DNA from: Candidatus Omnitrophota bacterium
Lineage (GTDB): Bacteria > Omnitrophota > Omnitrophia > Omnitrophales > Aquincolibacteriaceae
NCBI GenBank assembly: GCA_030698625.1
Contig: JAUYMS010000042.1
Span: 28,150 to 92,149 of the forward strand
Reading direction: 5' to 3'
Length of the DNA stretch: 64,000 bases
Part shown: piece after piece, positions 21,037 to 30,955 of the stretch
Layout: each line of letters begins with the position of its first letter
Numbering within the stretch: position 1 is the stretch's first letter
Made by a program: the position numbers and the translations under genes
The notes under the pieces: model-generated
What the model was told of the DNA's origin: nothing
Databases searched by the model: none
What the model saw: only the letters and a program-made list of their open reading frames with translations

Positions 21037-21300
21037 TTGATTTCGGCGGCCGATGGTCTTTATACACAGCAGTTTCGGCAACGCAGCACTTTAGGACTGG
21101 AGAACCCGTTGAAACCTTTGTATACCTGTTCCAGCTGCCAATGGGCGGGCAATGAAGCGGCCTTCGTGACGCGGATTCTGTCCATTATGTACCGGCCCAA
21201 GCACGAGAATATCCAGGCCTTTAAACAGATCAAATGCCCTAAATGTCATAATCTTGTGACGATTATCTTCGAGACCCTGGACGGGTCGGTGGCGAAATAA
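21037..21300 (+). CDS. small zinc-ribbon protein (CxxC...CxxC); likely true start at TTG 21109 with a GGAG RBS
   Basis: Two Cys pairs (CSSC, CPKC) about 35 aa apart. Convergent with the gabT-like gene; GGAG lies 7 nt before TTG at 21109. Confidence 0.4.
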   Translation: MISAADGLYTQQFRQRSTLGLENPLKPLYTCSSCQWAGNEAAFVTRILSIMYRPKHENIQAFKQIKCPKCHNLVTIIFETLDGSVAK

Positions 21301-22617
21301 TTAGGCGAGACATTCCTCGACGATCTGCACTGCAATATCCACCTGCTTCTTCGTAATCACCAGCGGCGGCGAAAACCTAATCCCCGTTTCCCCGCAGCCC
21401 AACAACAATAATCCCTTCATGAAGGCACCTTCAATAATTTTGTCACGGTATTTCGGAACGGGTTCCTTCGTCGTGCGGTCCTTGACGAGTTCGATGCCCA
21501 CCATGAGCCCTTTGCCGCGGACATCTCCTATCACCGGATACTTCCGGGCCAGCGTCTGAAGCTTCTTGAATAGATACGCGCCGACGACCTGAACATTTTT
21601 GAGCATGCCGTTCTCGAGAAGATTCATGGTCTCAATGGCGGCCGCACAAGCCACCGGATTGCCGCCGAAGGTATTCGCGTGAGCTCCCGGTTCCCAGTCC
21701 ATAATGTCGGCACGCGCGATCACGGCGCCGAGCGGCAGGCCTGAGGCAATGCCTTTTGCCATGGTGATGATATCCGGCTGAACGTTCCAGTGTTCGATCG
21801 CAAACATCTTTCCCGTACGCCCCATACCTGCCTGGACTTCATCGCAAATCAGAAGAATGCCGTGCCGTTTGGCAAGGGCCGCTAACCGCTCGTGATAATC
21901 GGGCGGCGGAACAACGTACCCGCCCTCCCCCTGAATCGGTTCGACAATGATGGCAGCGACTTCTTCGGGCGGAACAGTCTTTTTAAAAAGCGTGTGCTCA
22001 ATGTAATCGACACAATCGATTTTACATTCGGGATAAGTCAGATTATAAGGGCAGCGATAGCAATACCCGTAGCCGACATGAGTCACACCCGGAACCAGCG
22101 GCCCGAATTTTTCTTTCTGAATGGCCTTGCTGGCCGTCAGGGAAAGCGACCCCATCGTGCGGCCGTGAAAAGCCCCGAAGAAGGAGATCACTCTCTGCCG
22201 CTTTGTTTTGTAGCGTGCGAGTTTGAAGGCCGCCTCAACCGACTCGGTTCCTGAATTGGTAAAAAAGACGCGCTTCTTCCCCTTAATGGGGGCGGCCTTG
22301 GCAAGCTTCTCGGCAAGCGTGACCTGGGGTTCGTAGTAGAAATCCGTCCCCGACATATGCAGTAACGTAGCGGCCTGTTTCTGAACCGCTTTGGTCACTT
22401 GCGGGTGACAATGCCCCGCGGCCGTAACGGCAATCCCGGCAGTAAAATCGAGGAAGATGTTTCCGTCAACATCCTCCATCCAGGCGCCTTTGCCGCGTTT
22501 GGCCACAAAAGGATAGGAGCGCGTCATGGAAGGAGAGAGAATGGCTTCGTCGCGTTTGATCAACTTCCGCGCTTTAGGCCCGGGGAGAGGTTTTTTAATG
22601 CGAATTCGGTCCATCAT
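21301..22617 (-). CDS. class III PLP-dependent aminotransferase (4-aminobutyrate/acetylornithine aminotransferase family)
   Basis: 438 aa; DEVQAGMGRTGKMFA PLP-lysine motif; whole-length class-III aminotransferase architecture. Confidence 0.85.
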   Translation of the reverse strand: MMDRIRIKKPLPGPKARKLIKRDEAILSPSMTRSYPFVAKRGKGAWMEDVDGNIFLDFTAGIAVTAAGHCHPQVTKAVQKQAATLLHMSGTDFYYEPQVTLAEKLAKAAPIKGKKRVFFTNSGTESVEAAFKLARYKTKRQRVISFFGAFHGRTMGSLSLTASKAIQKEKFGPLVPGVTHVGYGYCYRCPYNLTYPECKIDCVDYIEHTLFKKTVPPEEVAAIIVEPIQGEGGYVVPPPDYHERLAALAKRHGILLICDEVQAGMGRTGKMFAIEHWNVQPDIITMAKGIASGLPLGAVIARADIMDWEPGAHANTFGGNPVACAAAIETMNLLENGMLKNVQVVGAYLFKKLQTLARKYPVIGDVRGKGLMVGIELVKDRTTKEPVPKYRDKIIEGAFMKGLLLLGCGETGIRFSPPLVITKKQVDIAVQIVEECLA

Positions 22618-22621
22618 ATAT

Positions 22622-24109
22622 TTAATCGGTGTCTATCTGCGCTTTCTGTAGCTTGCCGCTGAAATCAATATAGACGCTTTTCCACTCGCTGAAAATATCC
22701 AAAGCCGTTTTTCCTGCCTCACGGTGTCCGTTGCCGGTGTTTTTAACACCCCCGAAAGGCAAATGAACTTCTGCCCCGATCGTCGGCCCGTTCACATAAG
22801 TAATACCCGCCTCAATATCCCGCACAGCCTTCATGGCGTTTGCGATATCATTGGAGTAAATGGAGGACGAAAGACCGTAGGCGGATTTATTGACTTCGGT
22901 CACCGCTTCGTCGAGGCTCTTAACTTTCATGAGGCTGACAACCGGCCCGAAGATTTCCTCACGAATAATCCGCATTTCGGAATGGGCATGAGTAAAGACG
23001 GTCGGCACATAGAAGAACCCGTTTTTAAGGCCCGGCCCTTTTGCGATACGCCCGCCGCATTCCAGCTTGGCCCCCTCACCGACTCCGATCTTGACGTATT
23101 CGTGCACCCGGTTCCGCTGCGCTTCATTGATGAGCGGCCCCATCTGTACGTTGCTGCGAAGGCCGTTGCCGACGCGGATCTTTTTAGCCTGCCGCACAAA
23201 GGATTTCACAAACGAAGCGTAGATTTTATGATGGAGATAAATTCTGCTCGTAGCGGTGCACCGCTGGCCTGTCGTGCCGAAAGCGCCCCACAGCGCGCCT
23301 TCCAAGGCCAGGTCCAGGTCGGCGTCCCCCATCACGATTTGAGCATTCTTGCCGCCCATTTCGAGGGAACAGCGCTTCAGCATGCGGCCGCAGTTACTCG
23401 CAACTTCGCGCCCCACTTCACAGGAACCCGTAAACGAGACAACGCGCACTTCCGGATGACGGACGAGAGCCTGACCGGCTGCCGGCCCGCCGTGAATCAG
23501 GTTGACGACGCCCGTGGGAAGACCCGCCTGCTCCAGAATTTCCACGAAGCGAACGGCGCTCGCCGGAGTGTCTTCGGCGGGTTTGAACACAACGGTATTC
23601 CCGCAAATAAGGGCCGGGAAAATCTTCCAGGTGGGAATTGCGATCGGAAAATTCCAGGGCGTAATCATGCCGCAGACGCCGATCGGCATACGCAGGGTCA
23701 TGGCAAGTTTGTTTTTAAGCTCACTGGTCGTCGTCTCACCCAGCAACCGGCGGCCCTCGCCGGCGACATAGGCGGCCATGTCGACGCCCTCCTGCACATC
23801 GCCGCGCGTTTCCTTGAGAACCTTCCCCATCTCGCGGGTCATGAGACGCGCGAGTTCCTCTTTGTGTTTGAGCAGAAGCTCGCCGGTCTTGGCGATAATT
23901 GAGGCGCGTTTCGGAGCCGGCGTCAAACGCCAGCCGTCGTACGCTTTGGCTGCGGCATGGACGGCTTTATCGACCTCCACTGTTGTCGAAAGCGGGAATA
24001 CCCCGATCACATCCCGGAAGTCGGCAGGATTGCGGTTTTCGAACTTACCCTTGCCCTCTGCCTGACTCCACTTTCCTGCAATGAAATTACTATAAACCTT
24101 ACGACTCAT
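22622..24109 (-). CDS. NAD(P)-dependent aldehyde dehydrogenase family protein, possibly succinate-semialdehyde dehydrogenase given the aminotransferase neighbour
   Basis: 495 aa; EMGGKNA (ELGGKSP-type) and catalytic Cys motif GQRCTA. A 4-nt gap to the upstream aminotransferase gene suggests an operon. Confidence 0.85.
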   Translation of the reverse strand: MSRKVYSNFIAGKWSQAEGKGKFENRNPADFRDVIGVFPLSTTVEVDKAVHAAAKAYDGWRLTPAPKRASIIAKTGELLLKHKEELARLMTREMGKVLKETRGDVQEGVDMAAYVAGEGRRLLGETTTSELKNKLAMTLRMPIGVCGMITPWNFPIAIPTWKIFPALICGNTVVFKPAEDTPASAVRFVEILEQAGLPTGVVNLIHGGPAAGQALVRHPEVRVVSFTGSCEVGREVASNCGRMLKRCSLEMGGKNAQIVMGDADLDLALEGALWGAFGTTGQRCTATSRIYLHHKIYASFVKSFVRQAKKIRVGNGLRSNVQMGPLINEAQRNRVHEYVKIGVGEGAKLECGGRIAKGPGLKNGFFYVPTVFTHAHSEMRIIREEIFGPVVSLMKVKSLDEAVTEVNKSAYGLSSSIYSNDIANAMKAVRDIEAGITYVNGPTIGAEVHLPFGGVKNTGNGHREAGKTALDIFSEWKSVYIDFSGKLQKAQIDTD

Positions 24110-24861
24110 TTTTTCCCTACCCAGTTTTCGAAGACCGACATTACACCATAATCTGTCAGATCGAGTTTTAGAGGCGTGATAGAAATGAACCCTTCGCTAA
24201 CGGCCTCCTCGTCACTTTTGCCGTCCTTATCAAAAACTTCAATTTCGCCGGCAAGGGAGTAGACACGTTTTCTGTCATGACGCTCATGAGTCACGAATTC
24301 CTCAACGAACCTGGAGGCGGCCTGTTTTGTTATCTTGATCCCCTTAATCTTCCGCTTCGGCAGCGGCGGCACGTTGATATTCACGAGGATATCACCCGGG
24401 AAAACCCTGTCGATATAGGCCTGGATGACGCGGTTCGTAATGGCCACACTGCCCTCAAAGTCTCGTGACTCCTTGCTGCACAAGGATACGGCAATTGCCG
24501 GGATTCGGTTAATCACTCCTTCGCGGGCTGCCGAAATTGTTCCGGAGTAATAAACACTTACGCCCGTGTTGGCACCCTGATTAATTCCGGAAACGATAAG
24601 ATCGGGATGGAAGTCCTCGAGCTCGGAAACGGCGAACTTAATGCAATCGACGGGTGTCCCGTGAACCCTGAAATGCAGAATTCCGTCTTCTTCAAACTCC
24701 TCGATTCGAAGTTTCTGACCGAGTGAAATGGAATGGCTGGAAGCGGAGCGCTCACTGGCAGGCGCCACTACAATGGCGACAATGCCCTCCGGGACATTCT
24801 TGACCAAGGCTCGAATCCCGTCGGCTTGAATGCCGTCATCATTTGTGTAGATAATGTTCAT
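24106..24861 (-). CDS. surE: 5'/3'-nucleotidase SurE
   Basis: MNIIYTNDDGIQADGIRAL N-terminal SurE signature. Start moved to the internal in-frame ATG at 24861; the ORF-track start at 24966 would overlap the ydjC-like gene. Confidence 0.8.
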   Translation of the reverse strand: MNIIYTNDDGIQADGIRALVKNVPEGIVAIVVAPASERSASSHSISLGQKLRIEEFEEDGILHFRVHGTPVDCIKFAVSELEDFHPDLIVSGINQGANTGVSVYYSGTISAAREGVINRIPAIAVSLCSKESRDFEGSVAITNRVIQAYIDRVFPGDILVNINVPPLPKRKIKGIKITKQAASRFVEEFVTHERHDRKRVYSLAGEIEVFDKDGKSDEEAVSEGFISITPLKLDLTDYGVMSVFENWVGKK

Positions 24862-24868
24862 AGCCAGC

Positions 24869-25648
24869 CTAATTATAACACAACCCGTAATGGCTGAGGC
24901 GAATCTGCCGGGTCTTAACGATCCGGAGGATTCGCGGATGCACAAATGCGGCCAATTCCCGTTCACGCCCTACGGTAAATGAACTAATCGCTCTGAGGCC
25001 GGCATCCGAGCGGCCGGGATGGCACATGATTTCGCTTATGCCTTCCGGAAGATTCTCCAAGAGCCCTTCCAAAGACGACAATCGCCAATGCCCCGAGGGC
25101 AGTAAATACCCAAAAAGATAATCGGGATACCTTACGCCCGACTGCGAGAGGCGCCCGGCAAAAAACGGCTGCAGCAAAAGCCGCGAACGGCGCACCGGTA
25201 ACTTAAAATGGGCGGCAACCCCCCGCAGTGCCTCAAAAAAGAAAGGGTGATCGTGCACCTGATGATGGGTGTCTAAATGTGTCGGCAGGCGCCCGAAAAT
25301 CTTCTGAAAACTGCGGACCTGGCTGCAATACTCTTTGTGCACATGCGCGGCCGTCGGCACACGCCGCGCCTTGTCGGCATAAATCCTCTTAAAATGCCCC
25401 GTACCGTCGAGCAGGCTGCGCACGCCTGCGGGTTTGGATACGGGCGTTCCGCGCGTAATATTGAGATGAAGCCCTATACCCAGGCCCTTATACTTCTTTA
25501 GTTTTCGAATATTCTCCGCTCGTACGGGAAAATTAACCAGGAAGGTTGTGCTGGAAACGATTCCCCGGTCGACCCCTTCCAAAATGCCGCGAGTGACGCC
25601 GTCGGTCTGATTACAATCGTCGGCGTTGACGATCAAAGTGCAGCTCAC
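24869..25648 (-). CDS. ChbG/YdjC-family carbohydrate deacetylase-like protein
   Basis: N-terminal LIVNADDCNQTDGVTRGI matches the YdjC LIVNADDFG motif; 259 aa. Confidence 0.6.
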   Translation of the reverse strand: MSCTLIVNADDCNQTDGVTRGILEGVDRGIVSSTTFLVNFPVRAENIRKLKKYKGLGIGLHLNITRGTPVSKPAGVRSLLDGTGHFKRIYADKARRVPTAAHVHKEYCSQVRSFQKIFGRLPTHLDTHHQVHDHPFFFEALRGVAAHFKLPVRRSRLLLQPFFAGRLSQSGVRYPDYLFGYLLPSGHWRLSSLEGLLENLPEGISEIMCHPGRSDAGLRAISSFTVGRERELAAFVHPRILRIVKTRQIRLSHYGLCYN

Positions 25649-26043
25649 GGAAAAATCAGGAGGACAGTCGCGACGGCGTGGTCACGCTCGTGTGAAAGGG
25701 AAAGTTCTGTGCGGTATTGTTTGGGGAGGCCAAAAAGCTTTTCTGCCCTGCGTGTAAGGTAGATATAAGGTTTGCCGGTGCTCCGGTTTCTAACTTCAAT
25801 ATCCTTCAGAGAAAACTTGACCCGTCCCGGAAGCTGCGCCGCCTTAATAAAGGCCTCTTTGGCGGCAAACCGGGCGGCATAATGCTGTTCCTTAGCGCGC
25901 TTCGGTTCACAATAGGCGCGTTCCTTTGCCGTAAACACGCGGCGGGTAAATGCGTGCGACTGCCGGCGAATCATCTCTTTGATTCGTTCCACACTCACGA
26001 TATCAACACCCTGCCGAAGCTGCACGGCCAGCCTATCTGTCAC
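25645..26043 (-). CDS. acpS: holo-[acyl-carrier-protein] synthase (4'-phosphopantetheinyl transferase)
   Basis: 132 aa; GVDIVSVERI ... FTAKERAYC pattern of AcpS. 4-nt overlap with the upstream gene. Confidence 0.75.
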   Translation of the reverse strand: MTDRLAVQLRQGVDIVSVERIKEMIRRQSHAFTRRVFTAKERAYCEPKRAKEQHYAARFAAKEAFIKAAQLPGRVKFSLKDIEVRNRSTGKPYIYLTRRAEKLFGLPKQYRTELSLSHERDHAVATVLLIFP

Positions 26044-26333
26044 GTTCGGATGACGAAGACGACGATTCCAATGATGATGAGTATTGAAAGGATGTAGAAA
26101 TTATTGAAGCGCCAGAAATCACCGATGCGGGAGAACAACGTCTGGGATTTTGAAGAGCGCTTCTTGGGGGATGCTTCCTGCCGCAGCACCAGGACCTCTT
26201 CTTTGCGGAAACGAATGTAAGTGCCGCCGATTTTATAAGCCGTAAGACGCCCTGACTTGATGTACTTCTCAACTACCTCGTTCTGAATCGCAAGGTAGGA
26301 CTTAACTTCCTCCAGGGTGAGCATGTTGTTCAT
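26040..26333 (-). CDS. small excisionase/MerR-type HTH DNA-binding protein with C-terminal hydrophobic tail
   Basis: LTLEEVKSYLAIQNEVVEKYIKSGRLTAYKIGGTYIRFRKEEV HTH. Paralogous to the C-terminal HTH of the adjacent bactofilin. Confidence 0.5.
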   Translation of the reverse strand: MNNMLTLEEVKSYLAIQNEVVEKYIKSGRLTAYKIGGTYIRFRKEEVLVLRQEASPKKRSSKSQTLFSRIGDFWRFNNFYILSILIIIGIVVFVIRT

Positions 26334-26395
26334 ACGCGTACCTCTGCCTAATGATATTTAAGTATAGCACAAGTGCGAGAGGCACGGGGGGCAGG

Positions 26396-26926
26396 CTACT
26401 TGGTATTCTCTTCCTGAATCCACCGGTCTACAGCTGTCTTCGCAAAAACCCAATTCCCATTCTCGCTTTGAGCGGGGATCTTATTATTATTGGCCCACTC
26501 TTCAACGACTTTAGACTCCACTTCCAGATACTGGGCAACGTCCTTTAAGGTCATCGTAACGTCATTTTGGGGTCCGCCGGAAGTCGCATAAAGCATCGCA
26601 AGCTGCCCTTCAATCACCGCACCCTCGGTCACACTGAGCCGAGGCGTAGTGATATTCCCCTTCACAACAGCCGGGGCAATGACCGAAACGGTATCCGTAG
26701 CCGTGATATTCCCGGTTACTTTACCGGCGACAATGATCCGGTCTCCGGTAATATTCGCCTTCACCCTGGCATTTTCACCGATGGTAAGGCTGCCGCGGGC
26801 ATCTAACCTGCCTTCAAAGCTACCGTTAATTCGAAGATTTACGGGATCCTTGAACGCGATGGTCCCCTGCATACTCGCGTCGACATCAAGTATCTTTTCT
26901 TCGAGATCCTCTTTTTTCCTGGCCAT
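26396..26926 (-). CDS. bactofilin (DUF583) domain protein fused to a C-terminal excisionase-type HTH
   Basis: Repetitive beta-helical bactofilin core (GDRIIVAGKVTGNITATDTVSVIAPAVVKGNITT...), then LKDVAQYLEVESKVVEEWANNNKIPA HTH. Confidence 0.7.
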   Translation of the reverse strand: MARKKEDLEEKILDVDASMQGTIAFKDPVNLRINGSFEGRLDARGSLTIGENARVKANITGDRIIVAGKVTGNITATDTVSVIAPAVVKGNITTPRLSVTEGAVIEGQLAMLYATSGGPQNDVTMTLKDVAQYLEVESKVVEEWANNNKIPAQSENGNWVFAKTAVDRWIQEENTK

Positions 26927-27071
26927 AGATGAATTCTCCTTTATAGGGTGGCGATTCGAGTTAAACTAACATAAGCAGCCGAAGGGGTAAAGCCCAAAAA
27001 TGGCCCTTCTCTCTTCAGAAAACGCTTGCTTAAGACGATTGAAATTCAGTGGATAGCAGATTAGGATCTAG

Positions 27072-28517
27072 GTGATGATTCGGTCCATTTTTCTAGTGGC
27101 GACAACGGCTTTCTGGCTGGTCATGATGACACTGCTCATCCAACGAGAATTCTTCGCCTTTGCCCCGCTCATCTCCGCCTATGAAGTCATGCCCCTCCAA
27201 AGCGGAAACCTGCGCAAGGAGTATCACGGGGTCTACCTGGGCCAGCGGCTTATCGGGTTTAGCTTGAATGCCCTGGAAAAGCTGGATGAGGAGGCCTACG
27301 AACTCCGTCATAATCTCTACTTAACCTTCCTTTTTCTGGGAAAAGAGCGGGAAATGCAAGTCAAGGGGAAGTCCTTCCTCAACCAAAGGCTTGAGCTCAA
27401 AGGCTTTGATATCACGATCAGGAGCGGGGATTATTGGACCCGCATGCAGGGCGAGCGGAAAGCCGAAAGCATCATCATGGTGATCGAAGGAAAGGAGCAG
27501 GAGGCTACCCGGACATCCGTCCCGGTGAGCGGGCCGGTGTTCTTCTCCGAGGCCCTCAATGTTTTATGGACCCCAGAAAACCTGAAGCCGGGCAAAACGG
27601 GCCGGCTGCAGGTCTGGAACCCGCTTATGATGGGCTTTGAGACCATTCAGTTCCGCGTGGGCAAGAAAACAACCCTATCCCACCAGGGCGAGGAAAAAGA
27701 GGTTTTTATCGTCCTCATGGAGAAGGACGGCCTGGAAACCAAAACATGGTGTACGCCGGAGGGCGTCGTCCTCAAGCAGGAAAGCCCGACAGGACTCACC
27801 CTGATCAAAGAGGAGCCCTGGAAGATCTTCGACACGATTCGGGAAAACCGCCACGCCCTGGCCGATCTGCCGAACCTGTATTCCATTCCGTCTAATGAGT
27901 TGATTGAAGACCCTGCGGCCTTGGGGGTTTTGAAGGTAAATATCAAATTCCAGAAAACCGAAAGAATCATCATCGTCACAAAACCTGTCCTGGCTAAAAT
28001 AACTTCGGCTGACTGGCCCGTTCCCGATGTCCCCGAGGATGCACTTCCCTTTTTGAAACCCACAGACATGGTCCAGTCCGACGACAAGGAACTCGCCGAG
28101 AAAGCACGCGAAGTCGTCGCGGGAGAAACCTCTGCGCTTGCGGCGAGCATCAAACTCATGGAGTGGGTGCATGACTATGTCTCCCCCACTCCGACGGTCG
28201 GCTTGCCGTCGGCAAAACAGGTTTACGCAATTCGTAAAGGGGATTGTAATGAATACACCGTCCTTTACACAGCGATGGCGCGCTCACTCGGTATCCCGGC
28301 AAAGATGGTTGCAGGCCTCGTTTACCAACAGGGACGTTTCTATTACCATGTCTGGCCCATGGTGTATGTCGGGCAGTGGGTCAGCTTGGATCCGACCTTT
28401 AACCAGGCCCCGGTCGACGTTACCCATATCCCGCTCGTCATCGGCGGGCTCAGGGAACAGCTCAACCTCGTGGGAAAAATAGGGCAGATTGATCTAATCA
28501 TCTTAGAGGCAAAATAG
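27072..28517 (+). CDS. membrane-anchored transglutaminase-like (Cys-protease fold) protein
   Basis: N-terminal TM helix; C-terminal RKGDCNEYTVLYTAMARSLGIPAKMVAGLVY...HVWPMVYVGQWVSLDPT transglutaminase-like core with the catalytic Cys in GDCNEY. Confidence 0.7.
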   Translation: MMIRSIFLVATTAFWLVMMTLLIQREFFAFAPLISAYEVMPLQSGNLRKEYHGVYLGQRLIGFSLNALEKLDEEAYELRHNLYLTFLFLGKEREMQVKGKSFLNQRLELKGFDITIRSGDYWTRMQGERKAESIIMVIEGKEQEATRTSVPVSGPVFFSEALNVLWTPENLKPGKTGRLQVWNPLMMGFETIQFRVGKKTTLSHQGEEKEVFIVLMEKDGLETKTWCTPEGVVLKQESPTGLTLIKEEPWKIFDTIRENRHALADLPNLYSIPSNELIEDPAALGVLKVNIKFQKTERIIIVTKPVLAKITSADWPVPDVPEDALPFLKPTDMVQSDDKELAEKAREVVAGETSALAASIKLMEWVHDYVSPTPTVGLPSAKQVYAIRKGDCNEYTVLYTAMARSLGIPAKMVAGLVYQQGRFYYHVWPMVYVGQWVSLDPTFNQAPVDVTHIPLVIGGLREQLNLVGKIGQIDLIILEAK

Positions 28518-28541
28518 CACGGCGACTTACGGAGGACTTCT

Positions 28542-29294
28542 ATGGCCGCAATGGTAGAGTTTATAGGGATCAAGAAATGCTACGGCAATAAGGTTGCCGT
28601 CAAGGGATTGGATCTCGAAATCAACATGGGTGAGATTTTTGCGCTTGTCGGCCCGAACGGCGCGGGGAAAACCTCCAGTCTCAAGATGCTCGTCGGGCTT
28701 CTCAAACCCACGGGAGGGCAAATCCGCATCGGCGGATACGATTTCGCCGCTGAGCGTGTTAAAGCAAAAGGCCTCGTGAGCTTCGTTCCCGACACGCCCT
28801 ATGTCTACGAAAAACTAACACCGTGGGAACTGCTCCGTTTCGTAGGCAAACTCTATTCGATGCATCCGAAAGTGATCGAAGAAGAAGGGACCATGCTCTT
28901 GGAGTTCTTTTCTCTGTCTCATGTGCAGGATGTCCTCATCGAGGAATTCTCGCACGGCATGCGCCAAAAGGCCGTACTCGCCTCCGCGCTCGTCCACCAA
29001 CCCAAGGTATTCATCCTGGATGAACCGATGGTGGGCCTTGACCCCATGAGCATTAAAAGTTTCAAAGACTTCATACGCAGAAAAGCGGCCGAAGGCATGA
29101 CGATCATCCTGTCCACTCACGCCCTGTATCTCGCCGAGGAACTTGCGGATCGTATCGGAATTATCCACGAGGGCGAGTTGATTGCGCTTGGATCGATCAA
29201 GGACTTGCAGAAGAAATATCAGTCGCGGGAAAATCTGGAAAACATGTTCATCAAACTTGTCGAAACCGAAGAGATTCGTTCCCAAAAGGAATAG
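28542..29294 (+). CDS. ABC transporter ATP-binding protein
   Basis: Walker A GPNGAGKTS; Walker B ILDEP; 250 aa; 24-nt gap after the transglutaminase-like gene. Confidence 0.9.
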   Translation: MAAMVEFIGIKKCYGNKVAVKGLDLEINMGEIFALVGPNGAGKTSSLKMLVGLLKPTGGQIRIGGYDFAAERVKAKGLVSFVPDTPYVYEKLTPWELLRFVGKLYSMHPKVIEEEGTMLLEFFSLSHVQDVLIEEFSHGMRQKAVLASALVHQPKVFILDEPMVGLDPMSIKSFKDFIRRKAAEGMTIILSTHALYLAEELADRIGIIHEGELIALGSIKDLQKKYQSRENLENMFIKLVETEEIRSQKE

Positions 29295-29296
29295 GC

Positions 29297-30952
29297 ATGG
29301 ACCACCTGGGTACGCTCGCCGGGCTGAAAGTCACCTTAATCACGAATGCTTTTCGCAGCCTCAAGAAGCGTTCGCGCTTTGAGTTCATGGTCCTCGCGGT
29401 CTTTTTTGTTGCCGCGGCCGCGGGCCTCTATTTCTTTTTTCACTTCAGCTTTCGCTTTTTTAGAGCGCAGGAACCCTTCGGCCCGATCCTCATCGACGAA
29501 ACTTTTTACCTTTTCACGTTCTCTCTTTTCGTCATGCTGCTTATTTCTTCGTCGGTTTCTTCCTACACGTCTCTATTCCGCTCGCGCGAGATTCCGCTTC
29601 TGGCATCGACACCCGTGGAGTGGAACGAAATCTACTTCCTGAAACTGGCCGAGTCCTTGTGGTACAGTTCTTGGGCCTTTCTCTTTGTTGCCCTTCCCTT
29701 TGTGACGGCCTACGGAATCCATAAGGGGGCCGGTCTTTTCTTTCCCGTCCTGTGTTTTGCCTTCTTCATACCCTTTGTCGTACTTACCGGAAGTCTCGGC
29801 ACCCTTTTATCCACGCTCATTATCTGGTTTTTGCCCAACCGCAGGCGCCGCAGGCTGGCGCTTGCACTCGCCGTCACTTTTATTGTCTTCCTCTTTGTTC
29901 GAGCTCAACCGAGCCTGATCAAAGAACAGGGTTCGATTGCGGGGATCATGTCGGGCTATCTCCCGCATCTGTCCTTCGCAAAAAATCCGGCGCTCCCCTC
30001 ATGCTGGGCATCGCGAGGTATTCTCTCACTGGCCACGGCAGAATCCCGCGCCCTCATGGGCTGGCAGGACGGACTGTTCTATTTTTCCCTGCTCCTCTCC
30101 AATGCCCTGTTTTTTCTCATCCCTTCTTACTCGGTCGCGACACAGCTCTACTCTAAAATCTATCTCCGGTTTCAGGACCACGGCTCAGGCGAAACAGCCC
30201 GCCGCATAAAGCTGCGGAAGGGTTTCGAGCGCGCTATCGACGGCTTGAAATGGCCTCCCCGCCCCGTCATGGCCTTTCTCGAAAAGGATCTTAAGACCTT
30301 CGCACGGGATCCGGCCGAGTGGTCTCAGCTGATCATTTTCTTCGGGCTGCTGCTCCTCTATTTCATGAACCTGCGTAATTTGGAATTTCATGTGCTCCAA
30401 ACCTTTTGGAAAAATGTGGTTTTTGTTCTGAACACGATCGGGACTTACATTGTCTTATCGAGTTTCAACATGAGATTTGTCTTCCCGATGATCTCCCTTG
30501 AGGGAAGCCGCTTCTGGATCATCGATTTGTCTCCGGTACGATTCTCGGATCTTCTGCTGGAAAAACTGGCGCTCGGCATCACCATCTCGACCCTGCTCAC
30601 ACTGCCGCTCATTTTTCTTTCGGGTTGGATGCTCAAAATCCCCATGAGCCGCATCCTCTTCACAGCAGGGTTGGGGTTCTTCGTCTGCTTTGCGCTGACG
30701 GGAATGTCGGTGGGATTCGGCGCTATCTTTCCGAATTTTAAATCCGATAATCCGAATGAGATTATTTCGGGGTTCGGCGGGTCGTTGCTTCTCGTCGTGC
30801 ATCTCACGTATCTGGCGGTGATCGGCCTATTCCTCATGCTGACAAGCGATCCGCATGCCCTCATTTTTGTGACCGTTGCGATGGGCAGCATTCTGGCAGG
30901 GGTTTATCCGATCAAACTCGGCCGGGCCGCGCTGAAGAAGATGGAGTTCTGA
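29297..30952 (+). CDS. polytopic ABC exporter permease-like membrane protein
   Basis: 551 aa with at least 10 hydrophobic helices; starts 3 nt after the ATPase gene. Confidence 0.6.
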   Translation: MDHLGTLAGLKVTLITNAFRSLKKRSRFEFMVLAVFFVAAAAGLYFFFHFSFRFFRAQEPFGPILIDETFYLFTFSLFVMLLISSSVSSYTSLFRSREIPLLASTPVEWNEIYFLKLAESLWYSSWAFLFVALPFVTAYGIHKGAGLFFPVLCFAFFIPFVVLTGSLGTLLSTLIIWFLPNRRRRRLALALAVTFIVFLFVRAQPSLIKEQGSIAGIMSGYLPHLSFAKNPALPSCWASRGILSLATAESRALMGWQDGLFYFSLLLSNALFFLIPSYSVATQLYSKIYLRFQDHGSGETARRIKLRKGFERAIDGLKWPPRPVMAFLEKDLKTFARDPAEWSQLIIFFGLLLLYFMNLRNLEFHVLQTFWKNVVFVLNTIGTYIVLSSFNMRFVFPMISLEGSRFWIIDLSPVRFSDLLLEKLALGITISTLLTLPLIFLSGWMLKIPMSRILFTAGLGFFVCFALTGMSVGFGAIFPNFKSDNPNEIISGFGGSLLLVVHLTYLAVIGLFLMLTSDPHALIFVTVAMGSILAGVYPIKLGRAALKKMEF

Positions 30953-30955
30953 AAC

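Noticed and set aside
22724-23902. 392-aa plus-strand ORF antisense to the aldehyde dehydrogenase gene
   Set aside because: It is embedded antisense in a well-supported ALDH gene. The low-complexity Arg-rich translation is a typical high-GC shadow ORF.
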